From a virus (taxonomy: Duplodnaviria; Caudoviricetes), in the IMG/VR virus record IMGVR_UViG_3300020044_002979, positions 1 through 24,331 of that record: a stretch of 24,331 nucleotides of DNA. One strand, given 5' to 3'. The notes beneath the pieces are model-generated. The model did no database searches, was not told where the DNA came from, and saw only the letters and a program-made list of their open reading frames with translations. This document shows positions 6,637 to 14,587 of the stretch, in pieces. Numbering within the stretch: the stretch's first letter is position 1; every line of letters begins with the position of its first letter. The translations under genes and the position numbers were made by a program.

Positions 6637-6722
6637 GGGCCGAAAGCGGATGCTGTGATCCCGTAGGCCGAGCGGTTGCCCCGTTCTTCCGTTAGCCGGA
6701 AACAGACGCAGAGAGTAGGCCC
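6637..6722 (+). ncRNA. Candidate structured RNA (multibranch, loop-E/sarcin-ricin-type internal loop)
   Basis: GC-rich intergenic island with nested stems GGGCC/GGCCC, GCG/CGC and CUGU/ACAG, plus two inner hairpins. GAA opposes AGUA. Confidence 0.55.
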
Positions 6723-6740
6723 AACTTTTAAGGAAATGAA

Positions 6741-6890
6741 ATGCAATACTTTATCGGATTAGCTTGCTTTTTCGCATGGCTTACACACGTTTTCACTTGC
6801 TTTGCACAAGGTCTTTGGGGCTTTCTCGTTGCAGGTGCTCTTTTATTTCCTCTTGGAATTCTTCATGGTTTTTATCTCTGGTTTAAATAA
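6741..6890 (+). CDS. Small membrane protein, 49 aa (MQYFIGLACFFAWLTHV...LHGFYLWFK)
   Basis: Read manually. TAAGGA RBS and an almost entirely hydrophobic sequence. Confidence 0.8.
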   Translation: MQYFIGLACFFAWLTHVFTCFAQGLWGFLVAGALLFPLGILHGFYLWFK

Positions 6891-6902
6891 AGGAACTGAT
6901 TG

Positions 6903-7211
6903 ATGTCGTATGCAAATGTTGAGATGAAGATCATTCAATGGGCTGAGGATCGCAAAATCATTCCAAATGCCAAGCCACACACACAATTGATGAAAGCAGT
7001 TTCTGAAATGGGTGAGCTGTGTGACGCTGAACTCAAAGGCAATCTTCCAATGATTAAAGATGGTGTTGGCGATGTCTTGGTCTGTTTGATTAACTACTGC
7101 GCTTTGAAGGACATTAACCTGGTTGATTGCCTTAAAGAAGCGTATGACGAGATCAAAGATCGCAAAGGCACAACATTGCCTAATGGAACTTTTGTAAAGG
7201 AAACAGCATGA
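6903..7211 (+). CDS. MazG-like nucleotide pyrophosphohydrolase
   Basis: QLMKAVSEMGELCDA...IKDGVGDVLVCL (ExxE..DxxD) and AYDEIKDRKG....GTFVKE. Confidence 0.88.
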   Translation: MSYANVEMKIIQWAEDRKIIPNAKPHTQLMKAVSEMGELCDAELKGNLPMIKDGVGDVLVCLINYCALKDINLVDCLKEAYDEIKDRKGTTLPNGTFVKETA

Positions 7212-7474
7212 GTTCAATTGCTCAAATTCTTGAACAGCGTAAAAACCAACATGGTGATTTGCTGGCTCAATCAACAATTAGCCAAGGAATGAAGGATGCA
7301 ATGCGATTCACTCCCAAATGGAATGATCTAAAGCAAGACCAGAAAGAATGCTTGGAAATGATTGTTCACAAGATCGCTCGAATCTTGGCTGGTGATCCAA
7401 ACTTTGTGGATCATTGGGATGACATCTCTGGTTATTCAATCCTGATCTCTAACAGGCTGAACTCAATAAAATGA
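7208..7474 (+). CDS. DUF6378-like protein
   Basis: ILEQR...HGD and HKIARIL.GDPN..DHWDDISGYS motif. Confidence 0.75.
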   Translation: MSSIAQILEQRKNQHGDLLAQSTISQGMKDAMRFTPKWNDLKQDQKECLEMIVHKIARILAGDPNFVDHWDDISGYSILISNRLNSIK

Positions 7475-7668
7475 TGCCATTACCGTTTGATGTTGCTAGA
7501 TGTGATCCTGAGCATCCAGATCACTATTGCAATAATTGCAAGTTGTATATCAAACACCCAAAACAGCAAATGGGCCAGAGAACACCTGTCATGCTAGTTG
7601 AGACAAGTGCCTCTGAGTCCTGCTGCTACAAACCAGTTAGCCACCTATCACAGCCAAAGCGTGTGTAA
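7471..7668 (+). CDS. Small Cys-rich hypothetical protein
   Basis: LPFDVARC...CNNC...C pattern, translationally coupled to the upstream gene. Confidence 0.65.
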   Translation: MMPLPFDVARCDPEHPDHYCNNCKLYIKHPKQQMGQRTPVMLVETSASESCCYKPVSHLSQPKRV

Positions 7669-8236
7669 TGTGTTTAACACGGTCATCTAAACCAATTACA
7701 CCACCATTGATCTTCTTGGTCATGGCGGTGTAGTCTTTTGCATCGGCTTCTTTGTTGAGGCCACGCTTGTTCCAGTACCAACCAGCACTCAAAGCGGCGT
7801 ACCTGGGAGCCAACAGCAGATCAGGACTGTGAATCAGGTCGACAGAGATGGCATCACCACACAATGTGTAGTTGTCTTTGCCAGTCAACTGAATAAGCCC
7901 CCTCCCCTTATACAAACTGCCTTCCCCTGTTTCTTCAGTACCGTTACCCATACGGCCACCATAGACCTTATTGGCGATCTTGTCAGGGTTGCGGTGATAA
8001 GGTTGTGCAGCCTCCAAAGAAGGAAAGCGAGAAGGCCAAACCTTGCACAAACTTTCAGCAGAATAGTTCAGGTTCTCTTGCAGAGTTTTGAAGTTGCCAG
8101 ATTCGTGTGAGCACTGACCAATAAAAGCAGCCATCCGCAATGGAGTATTGATCTCATAACGATGAAAGACCTCATTTAGTGGTTCAAGCCATTCTTCACC
8201 AATATGCAGGGCTTTGAGTTGTTCAGCAGTAATCAC
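7637..8236 (-). CDS. Endolysin, glycoside hydrolase family 19
   Basis: AAFIGQCSHESG, ENLNYS, IANKVYGGRMGN, YKGRGLIQLTGKDNY, TKKINGG..GLDDR. Confidence 0.95.
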   Translation of the reverse strand: MITAEQLKALHIGEEWLEPLNEVFHRYEINTPLRMAAFIGQCSHESGNFKTLQENLNYSAESLCKVWPSRFPSLEAAQPYHRNPDKIANKVYGGRMGNGTEETGEGSLYKGRGLIQLTGKDNYTLCGDAISVDLIHSPDLLLAPRYAALSAGWYWNKRGLNKEADAKDYTAMTKKINGGVIGLDDRVKHITHALAVIGG

Positions 8237-8658
8237 TTCATACCTTTCATAAGAGCATCAGTTTTGGCTTGGCTTCCAGCAGATGAGCCGAAGTAATAGG
8301 CAATGATTCCACTCCAAGCTGTGCCTAGAGAGCCAAGCATAATCATCAATTCATTGGATGGCTTTGCAAATCCCATCATCAATGCATAAAGAATTCCAAA
8401 AAATCCAAATGTTACCAAGACAGCCAAAATTGCTGGCATTTTTGATTTTGTGTTGGCCTGCATTTCTCGTGCAGATTTTCGATCTTCAACCTCTGTTTTA
8501 AACAGTTCGGTATCGTTTGCCATCTTTGCCAGTTCGCCGTTTTGCTGCATCTGAGCAAGTTCGGCTTTGGCTTTTTCAGCAGCAACAGGGTCAGGCAAAA
8601 AGCGGTCAATCAATTTACCGCCAATTGCAGTCAGTGGATTCAAATCACTCAGGTTCAT
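8233..8658 (-). CDS. Putative holin (3TM/GTA-type)
   Basis: KLIDRFLPDP...KA.AEL, DRKSAREMQ, two hydrophobic helices and YYFGSS. It is adjacent to the endolysin. Confidence 0.75.
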   Translation of the reverse strand: MNLSDLNPLTAIGGKLIDRFLPDPVAAEKAKAELAQMQQNGELAKMANDTELFKTEVEDRKSAREMQANTKSKMPAILAVLVTFGFFGILYALMMGFAKPSNELMIMLGSLGTAWSGIIAYYFGSSAGSQAKTDALMKGMK

Positions 8659-8929
8659 CGCCACTCAACTTTTTAGCAATAGCGTTGGATGCTTTGCGAC
8701 CAGAGATACCACCCAATGTACCAACACCCATGAAAGCAATAGCTTTTAGGATCTCAAGGAAGATGGCATCAATAGGAGCCAACACTTGAGATTGTTCTTC
8801 AAAAGCAATGGCATACATCAGGCCAATAGCAATACAGAACACCATGCTGGCAATCAACTTGACAACAAAAGCCCAGACCCTGACTTCGATGTCTTCTGGA
8901 CTCATATCTTTGTAACTGTTAATCATCAT
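8645..8929 (-). CDS. Two-TM membrane protein of the lysis region
   Basis: Two hydrophobic segments. The start is uncertain (8965, 8956 or 8929); GAAAGG precedes 8929. Confidence 0.7.
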   Translation of the reverse strand: MMINSYKDMSPEDIEVRVWAFVVKLIASMVFCIAIGLMYAIAFEEQSQVLAPIDAIFLEILKAIAFMGVGTLGGISGRKASNAIAKKLSGDEPE

Positions 8930-8945
8930 TTGCCTTTCAAAGAAA

Positions 8946-9482
8946 TTATCTTCCATGATTTTCATGAAAGTTTAAAGCACGTTCTTTTTCAGCACGTGCA
9001 GCACAAGCATCATCAAAATTTTCAAACCATCCAATGTTAGTTCTTTTGCCTTGTGATGTGACGTATGCGTGCCACCTATTGCAATGCTTTGCAAAAGAAA
9101 CACCAATCCTTCCTGACGTATTGTCTTTAGGAGTTTTCATATTCTTCATGTTTTCACTTCTAGTTGCAACAATTCTGATGTTGACTTTGCGGTTATCGTT
9201 TCTTTTACCGTTAATATGATCTACAAATTGAACCTCATCAGTTTGAAAAATCAAAGCAGCAGCAACTCGATGTGCAAAAGCCTTTTCATTCATAATTGAA
9301 CCTGACAAATAACCAGTGCCATGTTCAGCACAAAGAGCTGGAGTGTTTGCATAACGTGTATTCCATATTTTCATGGCGCGAATATCGCCATTAAAACAAT
9401 CGGCATCACGAATTTTCCAAAACAGTTCTCCTGTTTCTGGGTTGTATGAAATAAGTTTTTCCAGCTCTTTGTATGACAACAT
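8946..9482 (-). CDS. HNH homing endonuclease with C-terminal AP2-like domain
   Basis: YNPETGELFWK, AHRVA, VDHINGKRNDNRKVNIR, NTSGRIGVSF...RWHAYV...IGWFENFDDA. Confidence 0.92.
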   Translation of the reverse strand: MLSYKELEKLISYNPETGELFWKIRDADCFNGDIRAMKIWNTRYANTPALCAEHGTGYLSGSIMNEKAFAHRVAAALIFQTDEVQFVDHINGKRNDNRKVNIRIVATRSENMKNMKTPKDNTSGRIGVSFAKHCNRWHAYVTSQGKRTNIGWFENFDDACAARAEKERALNFHENHGR

Positions 9483-9485
9483 AGA

Positions 9486-10028
9486 TTACCTCTTAAGACC
9501 ATTGGCCCCAAGAGTATCTATTGCATTCCACGTGCTGTCAACATCTTTCTTAAGAGTTGAAAAATCTTTTTCGATTCCTGTAAGTTTGACTCTAATGTCT
9601 TGAACATCACGAGTGAAGACCTGCACACCGTCAACAGTAGTCTTCAAAGTAGCAATAGCACCTTGAAGTTTGCTAACGTCATTGGCTTCAACCAACGTTT
9701 GGATGGACCGCAAATCTTGTGTTAACTTTGAACCAATGGCTTGGTTCTCAGCAATGGCTTGAGATAGGTTGACAGTCGTCTCATCCAACTGTTTAACCTT
9801 CTCTGAAAGTTGAACAAGTGGTTCAAGATCAGGTGATTTGAACTCAGAGACAAAGTTCTTTACCCGCTGATACTTTTCCCATTCGCTACCAACAAGCATG
9901 ATAGAGCCAGCGATGGAGCCAGCAATAGCCAAGCCCCACACGATATAGCTACCCTTTAGAGTAACACCACCTACTTTAAGTTCGGTGGTTTCTAAAGAGG
10001 CTTTGCCTGGTTTATCGTCTTCCGCCAT
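9486..10028 (-). CDS. Membrane-anchored coiled-coil protein
   Basis: One N-terminal TM (YIVWGLAIAGSIAGSIMLVG) followed by about 120 aa of heptad pattern. Confidence 0.75.
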   Translation of the reverse strand: MAEDDKPGKASLETTELKVGGVTLKGSYIVWGLAIAGSIAGSIMLVGSEWEKYQRVKNFVSEFKSPDLEPLVQLSEKVKQLDETTVNLSQAIAENQAIGSKLTQDLRSIQTLVEANDVSKLQGAIATLKTTVDGVQVFTRDVQDIRVKLTGIEKDFSTLKKDVDSTWNAIDTLGANGLKR

Positions 10029-10846
10029 TATTGGCTGAAGTTAACAACACTGGTATAAAAGGAATTGGAACCTTGAGTAAACTGGTTCAACATACCTTCT
10101 TGCGTGATTTGCAAACCATCTTGCCAAGCCAAAGTGATTGCTGTGTTGGCATAAGCAGCAGTGGTCTGAACATAGTTCAAGTCTTTTGCATATGTGTTGA
10201 CAAAGTTGTCCACGTTCTGCGTCAAGGTTTGGTTCTGAGCAGCCCTCATAAACAAAGCAGCTTGAGATGCGTAACTGTTCACGTTAGCCAAACTGGTGTT
10301 GTAAGCAGCAACCTGAGAGCCAGTTACATCAGTGCTAAGACCAGCGTTCAATATGGCAGTTTGAGTAACCTTAGCAGTAGGAACGTCAGTGATAGATGCC
10401 ATCATCTGATTAACCGTTACAACCTTTTGCAGATCAGCAGTAGCAGCAGCCAAGTTAGAAATCGAAGTTCTCATGCTTGCCAAGTTGTTGGCAGCTTGAG
10501 TTTCAAAATACTGACGAGAACCATTGAAGTTCGCAGTATTGAAAGCAAGTGCGGCAGAGTTGTATGTTGTACGCTGACCTTCACTAATCGTAGCTGTCTG
10601 GTAGGCAGTAGGATCAACAATAGTGCCACCACTTGCGGCAACAGACAGAGATGTACTGTAACGAGCACCAAGAGCCAATTGACCCTTAATCGCATCACTG
10701 GCATTGGCCAAATTAGTTACCACCTGACGCTGATTCGGCAGGAGCGTTTGTGCGCTTACTTGCCCGATACCTGTCAGATAAAGACCCAGAATCATTGCCA
10801 GAGCTGGCGATGCCAAGCGATATTGGCTTGAGTGGTTTGATTTCAT
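10028..10846 (-). CDS. Exported Ala/Thr/Asn/Gln-rich helical protein, 272 aa
   Basis: GGAGG RBS before ATG 10846, a signal-peptide-like N-terminus ending QVSA-Q, and no Cys. Confidence 0.75.
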   Translation of the reverse strand: MKSNHSSQYRLASPALAMILGLYLTGIGQVSAQTLLPNQRQVVTNLANASDAIKGQLALGARYSTSLSVAASGGTIVDPTAYQTATISEGQRTTYNSAALAFNTANFNGSRQYFETQAANNLASMRTSISNLAAATADLQKVVTVNQMMASITDVPTAKVTQTAILNAGLSTDVTGSQVAAYNTSLANVNSYASQAALFMRAAQNQTLTQNVDNFVNTYAKDLNYVQTTAAYANTAITLAWQDGLQITQEGMLNQFTQGSNSFYTSVVNFSQ

Positions 10847-11339
10847 AATCTGGCCTCCATTCAGGGTTTTGCTGCCACAACAACGTAGCTTGTTTACCAA
10901 TAGCCCCAAGATATGGACACGGAGTTCCCGCCATAGCCATACCTTGGAATACTCGCGTGTCTTGGCAAAGGATTGCAACAGCAGCAACCTTCAACCCAAA
11001 CTCATTCATTGTCTTTGCTAACTTCAAAAGCTCACACTGCTCATCTCTGCGATATGTACCGCCACCAAACCCAATGACTGATGACGATACAGATCCAGAA
11101 ACACCAATCAAACAACTGTCACTACCACCACCCATAAACGCTGGAGCAATGGCACTTGGAGGCGGTGTGTGGCTTCCAGGCGCATTGCCGTTGTACGTTA
11201 CTGAGTTGCTACTTGTTGGGTTATTTGAGTTGGAGTTGTTTGTTATGTTGCTTCCTTGCTGGTTTGTAGATAAGTTATCTACTGTTGCCGAGTTCTGTGC
11301 AAACGCCATAACTGGAACCAGAAGGAATAACCATTTCAC
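10713..11339 (-). CDS. Exported Cys-containing protein of a conserved uncharacterised phage family
   Basis: Signal peptide MKWLFLLVPVMAFA-Q, an Asn/Ser-rich linker, and PPPSAIAP..C..GVSG..C..LKLAK..G.KVAAV..LCQD.RVF..M.MAGTPCP. Confidence 0.8.
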   Translation of the reverse strand: MKWLFLLVPVMAFAQNSATVDNLSTNQQGSNITNNSNSNNPTSSNSVTYNGNAPGSHTPPPSAIAPAFMGGGSDSCLIGVSGSVSSSVIGFGGGTYRRDEQCELLKLAKTMNEFGLKVAAVAILCQDTRVFQGMAMAGTPCPYLGAIGKQATLLWQQNPEWRPDYEIKPLKPISLGIASSGNDSGSLSDRYRASKRTNAPAESASGGN

Positions 11340-11560
11340 GCCTTGTCAGCCTTCCCATCCAGCTTATCAAAAATCTGTTTCAAAATTTGCTTTACTTCTG
11401 CAATGTCTGATCGGTAATCGTCTTTTGCAACATAAGTGTGTGGAAGTTCATTAACCTTATCTTCCATTTTTTGAATCGTGCGTGTCAATTGGTTAATGAC
11501 ATAAATAGCCAAAAACCCTGCAACTGACACAACCAAATTAAAAAGCTGTTGGTTATCCAT
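11336..11560 (-). CDS. Small single-TM coiled-coil protein (holin/antiholin-like)
   Basis: N-terminal TM, then LPHTYVAKDDYR.DI...IFDKLDGKADK. It is the first gene after the tail fibre. Confidence 0.7.
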   Translation of the reverse strand: MDNQQLFNLVVSVAGFLAIYVINQLTRTIQKMEDKVNELPHTYVAKDDYRSDIAEVKQILKQIFDKLDGKADKA

Positions 11561-11574
11561 ATTACCCTACCAAT

Positions 11575-12582
11575 TTAAGAAGCAGATTCAAGTGCCGCAA
11601 TACGAGCAGTCAATGCCGTGATGGTGGCTTGTTGTTCTTGGATGGCCTTAGTCAGCACAGCAACAACAGCGTCCATGCGAAGCGATTGAACTTGATTGGG
11701 GTCATCTTTTTCGCCATCAACACCACTTGGGATTACAGCTTGCAGTTCGTGAGCAATAAAGCCTTCACGTTGCTTTCCGTCTGCTTTAAAAACAGTTCCG
11801 TAGTCAGTGATCTGGTACGTCACTGGACGCAATTGCATAACACGCTCAATAGCGGGAGCAGTCTGCGTCTCAACGTCTTTCTTGATGCGGTAATCAGATG
11901 TGAGGCTGATAACACCTACATTGGTTGTGTCTACCCACAATTGCGCTTGTGATCCTGTCCACCAGAAGTTGAAGTTACTGCCGTTGCTTGTGCCGCCAGT
12001 GCCTTGTCTTCCAAGAATACTGCTTGCACTTATGGGGCCATAAACGTGAAGTTGGCCGCCTTGGCTTCCCGAAGATGAACCGTTAACTACAACTTTGCCA
12101 TCGTGCTGAACATGAACTCGAATTGCGCTGTTTGTTCCAATAGAAACAGAGCCGGTTGCTGTTGGGTTGTTTAAGCCAATGCTGTCGCCATAGCCAGTTA
12201 GAACACCGATTCCTAAATCAGTGATGCCAACATTGCTGTCGTTGATTTGCACAAACCGATTGCCTGCACCAGTCATCTGGACGCTGTTGTTAAATGTTTT
12301 TAAGCCTGTAATGGTTTGGTTTCCAGTGGTGTAAACACCATTAGTAACTGTATCTGCGTTACCAGTGACGTTGCCAGTGACGTTGCCAGTGACATTGCCG
12401 ACAACATTGCCATTAAACGCATCGCCAGCAGTGCCAGCCTGGAAATCTTTAAGCTGAGCCATCAACTCACGGATAGCATCATTGATTCCGCTAGGAGCGC
12501 AACCTTCAGCAATGTTGATGTTGTCAATGTCTGTGTTGTTTGCAGGGTTTGCGGAAAATTCGCTGATCTTTGTCTTTGCCAT
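11575..12582 (-). CDS. Tail fibre/spike with C-terminal intramolecular chaperone (Peptidase S74)
   Basis: N-terminal virion anchor (INIAEGCAPSGINDAIRELMA), GNVT repeats, S-DYRIKKDV cleavage motif, GFIAHELQAVIP and a coiled-coil end. Confidence 0.88.
   Translation of the reverse strand: MAKTKISEFSANPANNTDIDNINIAEGCAPSGINDAIRELMAQLKDFQAGTAGDAFNGNVVGNVTGNVTGNVTGNADTVTNGVYTTGNQTITGLKTFNNSVQMTGAGNRFVQINDSNVGITDLGIGVLTGYGDSIGLNNPTATGSVSIGTNSAIRVHVQHDGKVVVNGSSSGSQGGQLHVYGPISASSILGRQGTGGTSNGSNFNFWWTGSQAQLWVDTTNVGVISLTSDYRIKKDVETQTAPAIERVMQLRPVTYQITDYGTVFKADGKQREGFIAHELQAVIPSGVDGEKDDPNQVQSLRMDAVVAVLTKAIQEQQATITALTARIAALESAS
12358..12411. repeat. 12-bp tandem repeat (GTTGCCAGTGAC x about 4.5) encoding GNVT repeats
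   Basis: Seen directly in the sequence. Confidence 0.85.
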
Positions 12583-12591
12583 GATTAGTCC

Positions 12592-14586
12592 TTATTGAAG
12601 AAGCGAACGCAATGCCGCTGTGAATGGTTCTGCTGCTGGCACAAGTTGCGAACCAATGATTCCGCTTGTTATGCCTTGTGCTTCTTGTTCTTTTTTCATT
12701 CTGTCAATGACGTTACGCAGAATCTTGACTTCATCTGCACTTGTAGCTCTTGACATCAAGATGCGACCAATTTCATCACGAACAGGCTCTGGAACAGACG
12801 TTCTTTTCATCGTGTTTGAAAGCATATTCACCAAAGAACCAACATCCATTGTCTTGGCGGCAGCAGCAAGATTTGCTGTGTCTTTCAAAGTTTCAAGGCC
12901 AACATCTTCCATTCGTGCTTCACGACCAGCAGTTGAAGAACCACGACCAACAGACTGAATCTCTTTCTTACGTGCTTCAGCAGCAACATCAGAAGCAAAC
13001 ACACGGAAAGCTCGTTCGCTTGGGAAGATTTCTTTCAGTCGCTCTTGAGTCGATGGTTCTTTCCACATATTTAGCAATCGAGTTTGACCAGACTGTGTAC
13101 CAGCCAAATCACGCAAACCCTCATAAGCACCAACACGGAATGATTCAAGTTCAGAATCACTCATGTCTTTAACAAGTGCCTTTATGGTTGATGCTGGCTT
13201 ATTCAACACTGTGCGACCAAGTTCAGCAGCAGAGATAAGTGCGCTTGGGCCAGCGTATGCGTTACGTGCGTTTTTATACAAAGATGTGCCAGTGTCTTGG
13301 TCAACCGTTGCGTCATCAAGTCGCTTAAGCAAATCTTGTTTCAGTTTTACAACAGAACGACCAAACTCGTTTATTTCGCCACGCTCGTTTGTTGCGGCCT
13401 TGCTGCTGAGAATGTCATCAATGCCACGCTTGACTTTATCCAAGTCAGTCATTGATGCATCAGTAGCTTTCTTAAAGTCTTTCAAAGTGAAAGGCTCACG
13501 CAAACCAGTAGAGATTTTTTCGGCACGACCAAATGCGCCAAGTTTGTTGGCAGCGTCAAGAATCTGCTTCAAGTCATCATCAAGCGTTACAGTCACAGTC
13601 TTCAGTTGGTTATACAAAGGGGTTGCTTCTACATCACGCTTTGTAAGCAAAGACTCCACTGAATCAGCCAAACGAGCGCCAGTTGGAGACAGTTGTTGTT
13701 GTGCAGAAGTTACAAGGCGACCACCACGTTGTGCTTGACGCTGACGGATCAAATCTTCAGTGTAGTTTTTAGTGCGGCCAGGCAGCGTTGCCATCGTGTC
13801 CAGCAAATCGCGGGTGTTGTAACCAGCAGATTCAGCAAGAATCGCATCATCTCCAAGTTTAGACATACGAGCAATGATTTGATCTGGTGTAGCACCATCA
13901 CGCAACATTGCCTGAGCAACACGGTTACGAGCAACATCAATAGACGAGCCGCCAACAAGTCCTTTAATAGCCTCTGGCACTACTCGACCAGCCTGTGTCT
14001 TAATCATTGAAGAAACAGGACGAGCAACCTTCATTGCGCCTTCAGTAGCGCCACCCAACACAGCACTTGTTGCAGCAGTTTTCAAGGCTTCTTCTGGAAT
14101 CTGAGCAGTAGTTTCAGCCTCACCAGCACCAGAGACAGCGCCAAACAAACCACCAGCGCCAACAGATCGCAAAACAGGGCCAACTTGTGGCAATACAGCA
14201 CGACCAACATTCACCATCCCCAATGGCAGTGATGCAACGCCTTGAGCAACAGCAGAACCGATTGGTTGTTCTTGTTTATAGCTTTCTACCCCAGAGCGAT
14301 AAATGTCACGACCACGGCTGTAAGCATCAGCAATTGGCTCTCCTGGCTTGGCAATAAATGGAGCCTGAAGCAAACCAGCCAATTCATCAGCAAAACCAAG
14401 TGTCGGGCCTTGTGCTGCTGTCATGGCAAGACGAGCAGCTTTTGGAAGCGCTGCGCCTTGAGTTTCTTCCGAGGTAATCGCAATCTCTTTAGGCAAAGGC
14501 AAGCCGTTGCTAAGATACAAGGCACGAATTTCTGGAACGCTATAACCAGCGTCCAAGGCTTCTTTGATGCGTTGGCTTTCGTCCAT
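12592..14586 (-). CDS. Internal virion/DNA ejection protein (large)
   Basis: Ala/Gly-rich helical protein with a QGPTLGFADEL motif, third of three genes after the tail hub. GAGGGG RBS before ATG 14586. Confidence 0.7.
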   Translation of the reverse strand: MDESQRIKEALDAGYSVPEIRALYLSNGLPLPKEIAITSEETQGAALPKAARLAMTAAQGPTLGFADELAGLLQAPFIAKPGEPIADAYSRGRDIYRSGVESYKQEQPIGSAVAQGVASLPLGMVNVGRAVLPQVGPVLRSVGAGGLFGAVSGAGEAETTAQIPEEALKTAATSAVLGGATEGAMKVARPVSSMIKTQAGRVVPEAIKGLVGGSSIDVARNRVAQAMLRDGATPDQIIARMSKLGDDAILAESAGYNTRDLLDTMATLPGRTKNYTEDLIRQRQAQRGGRLVTSAQQQLSPTGARLADSVESLLTKRDVEATPLYNQLKTVTVTLDDDLKQILDAANKLGAFGRAEKISTGLREPFTLKDFKKATDASMTDLDKVKRGIDDILSSKAATNERGEINEFGRSVVKLKQDLLKRLDDATVDQDTGTSLYKNARNAYAGPSALISAAELGRTVLNKPASTIKALVKDMSDSELESFRVGAYEGLRDLAGTQSGQTRLLNMWKEPSTQERLKEIFPSERAFRVFASDVAAEARKKEIQSVGRGSSTAGREARMEDVGLETLKDTANLAAAAKTMDVGSLVNMLSNTMKRTSVPEPVRDEIGRILMSRATSADEVKILRNVIDRMKKEQEAQGITSGIIGSQLVPAAEPFTAALRSLLQ

Positions 14587-14587
14587 A

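Noticed and set aside
6637-6722. Possible tRNA or hammerhead ribozyme
   Set aside because: There is no T-loop GTTCRA or 7-bp acceptor stem, and no CUGANGA core. It is kept only as an unclassified structured RNA.
6903-7474. 2-aminoadenine (Z-genome) pathway suggested by MazG
   Set aside because: No PurZ or HD-domain DatZ and no DNA polymerase are in the window.
8946-9482. Group I intron around the HNH gene
   Set aside because: The flanking genes look intact and there is no non-coding space for an intron core.
10031-10831. 266-aa + strand ORF
   Set aside because: It is an antisense shadow of the 10028-10846 gene, with no recognisable motif or RBS. The same applies to the + strand ORFs across 12620-16774 and similar shadows elsewhere.
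10847-10987. N-terminal extension of the 319-aa ORF
   Set aside because: It lies within the upstream gene. The GGAGG RBS and signal peptide point to ATG 10846.
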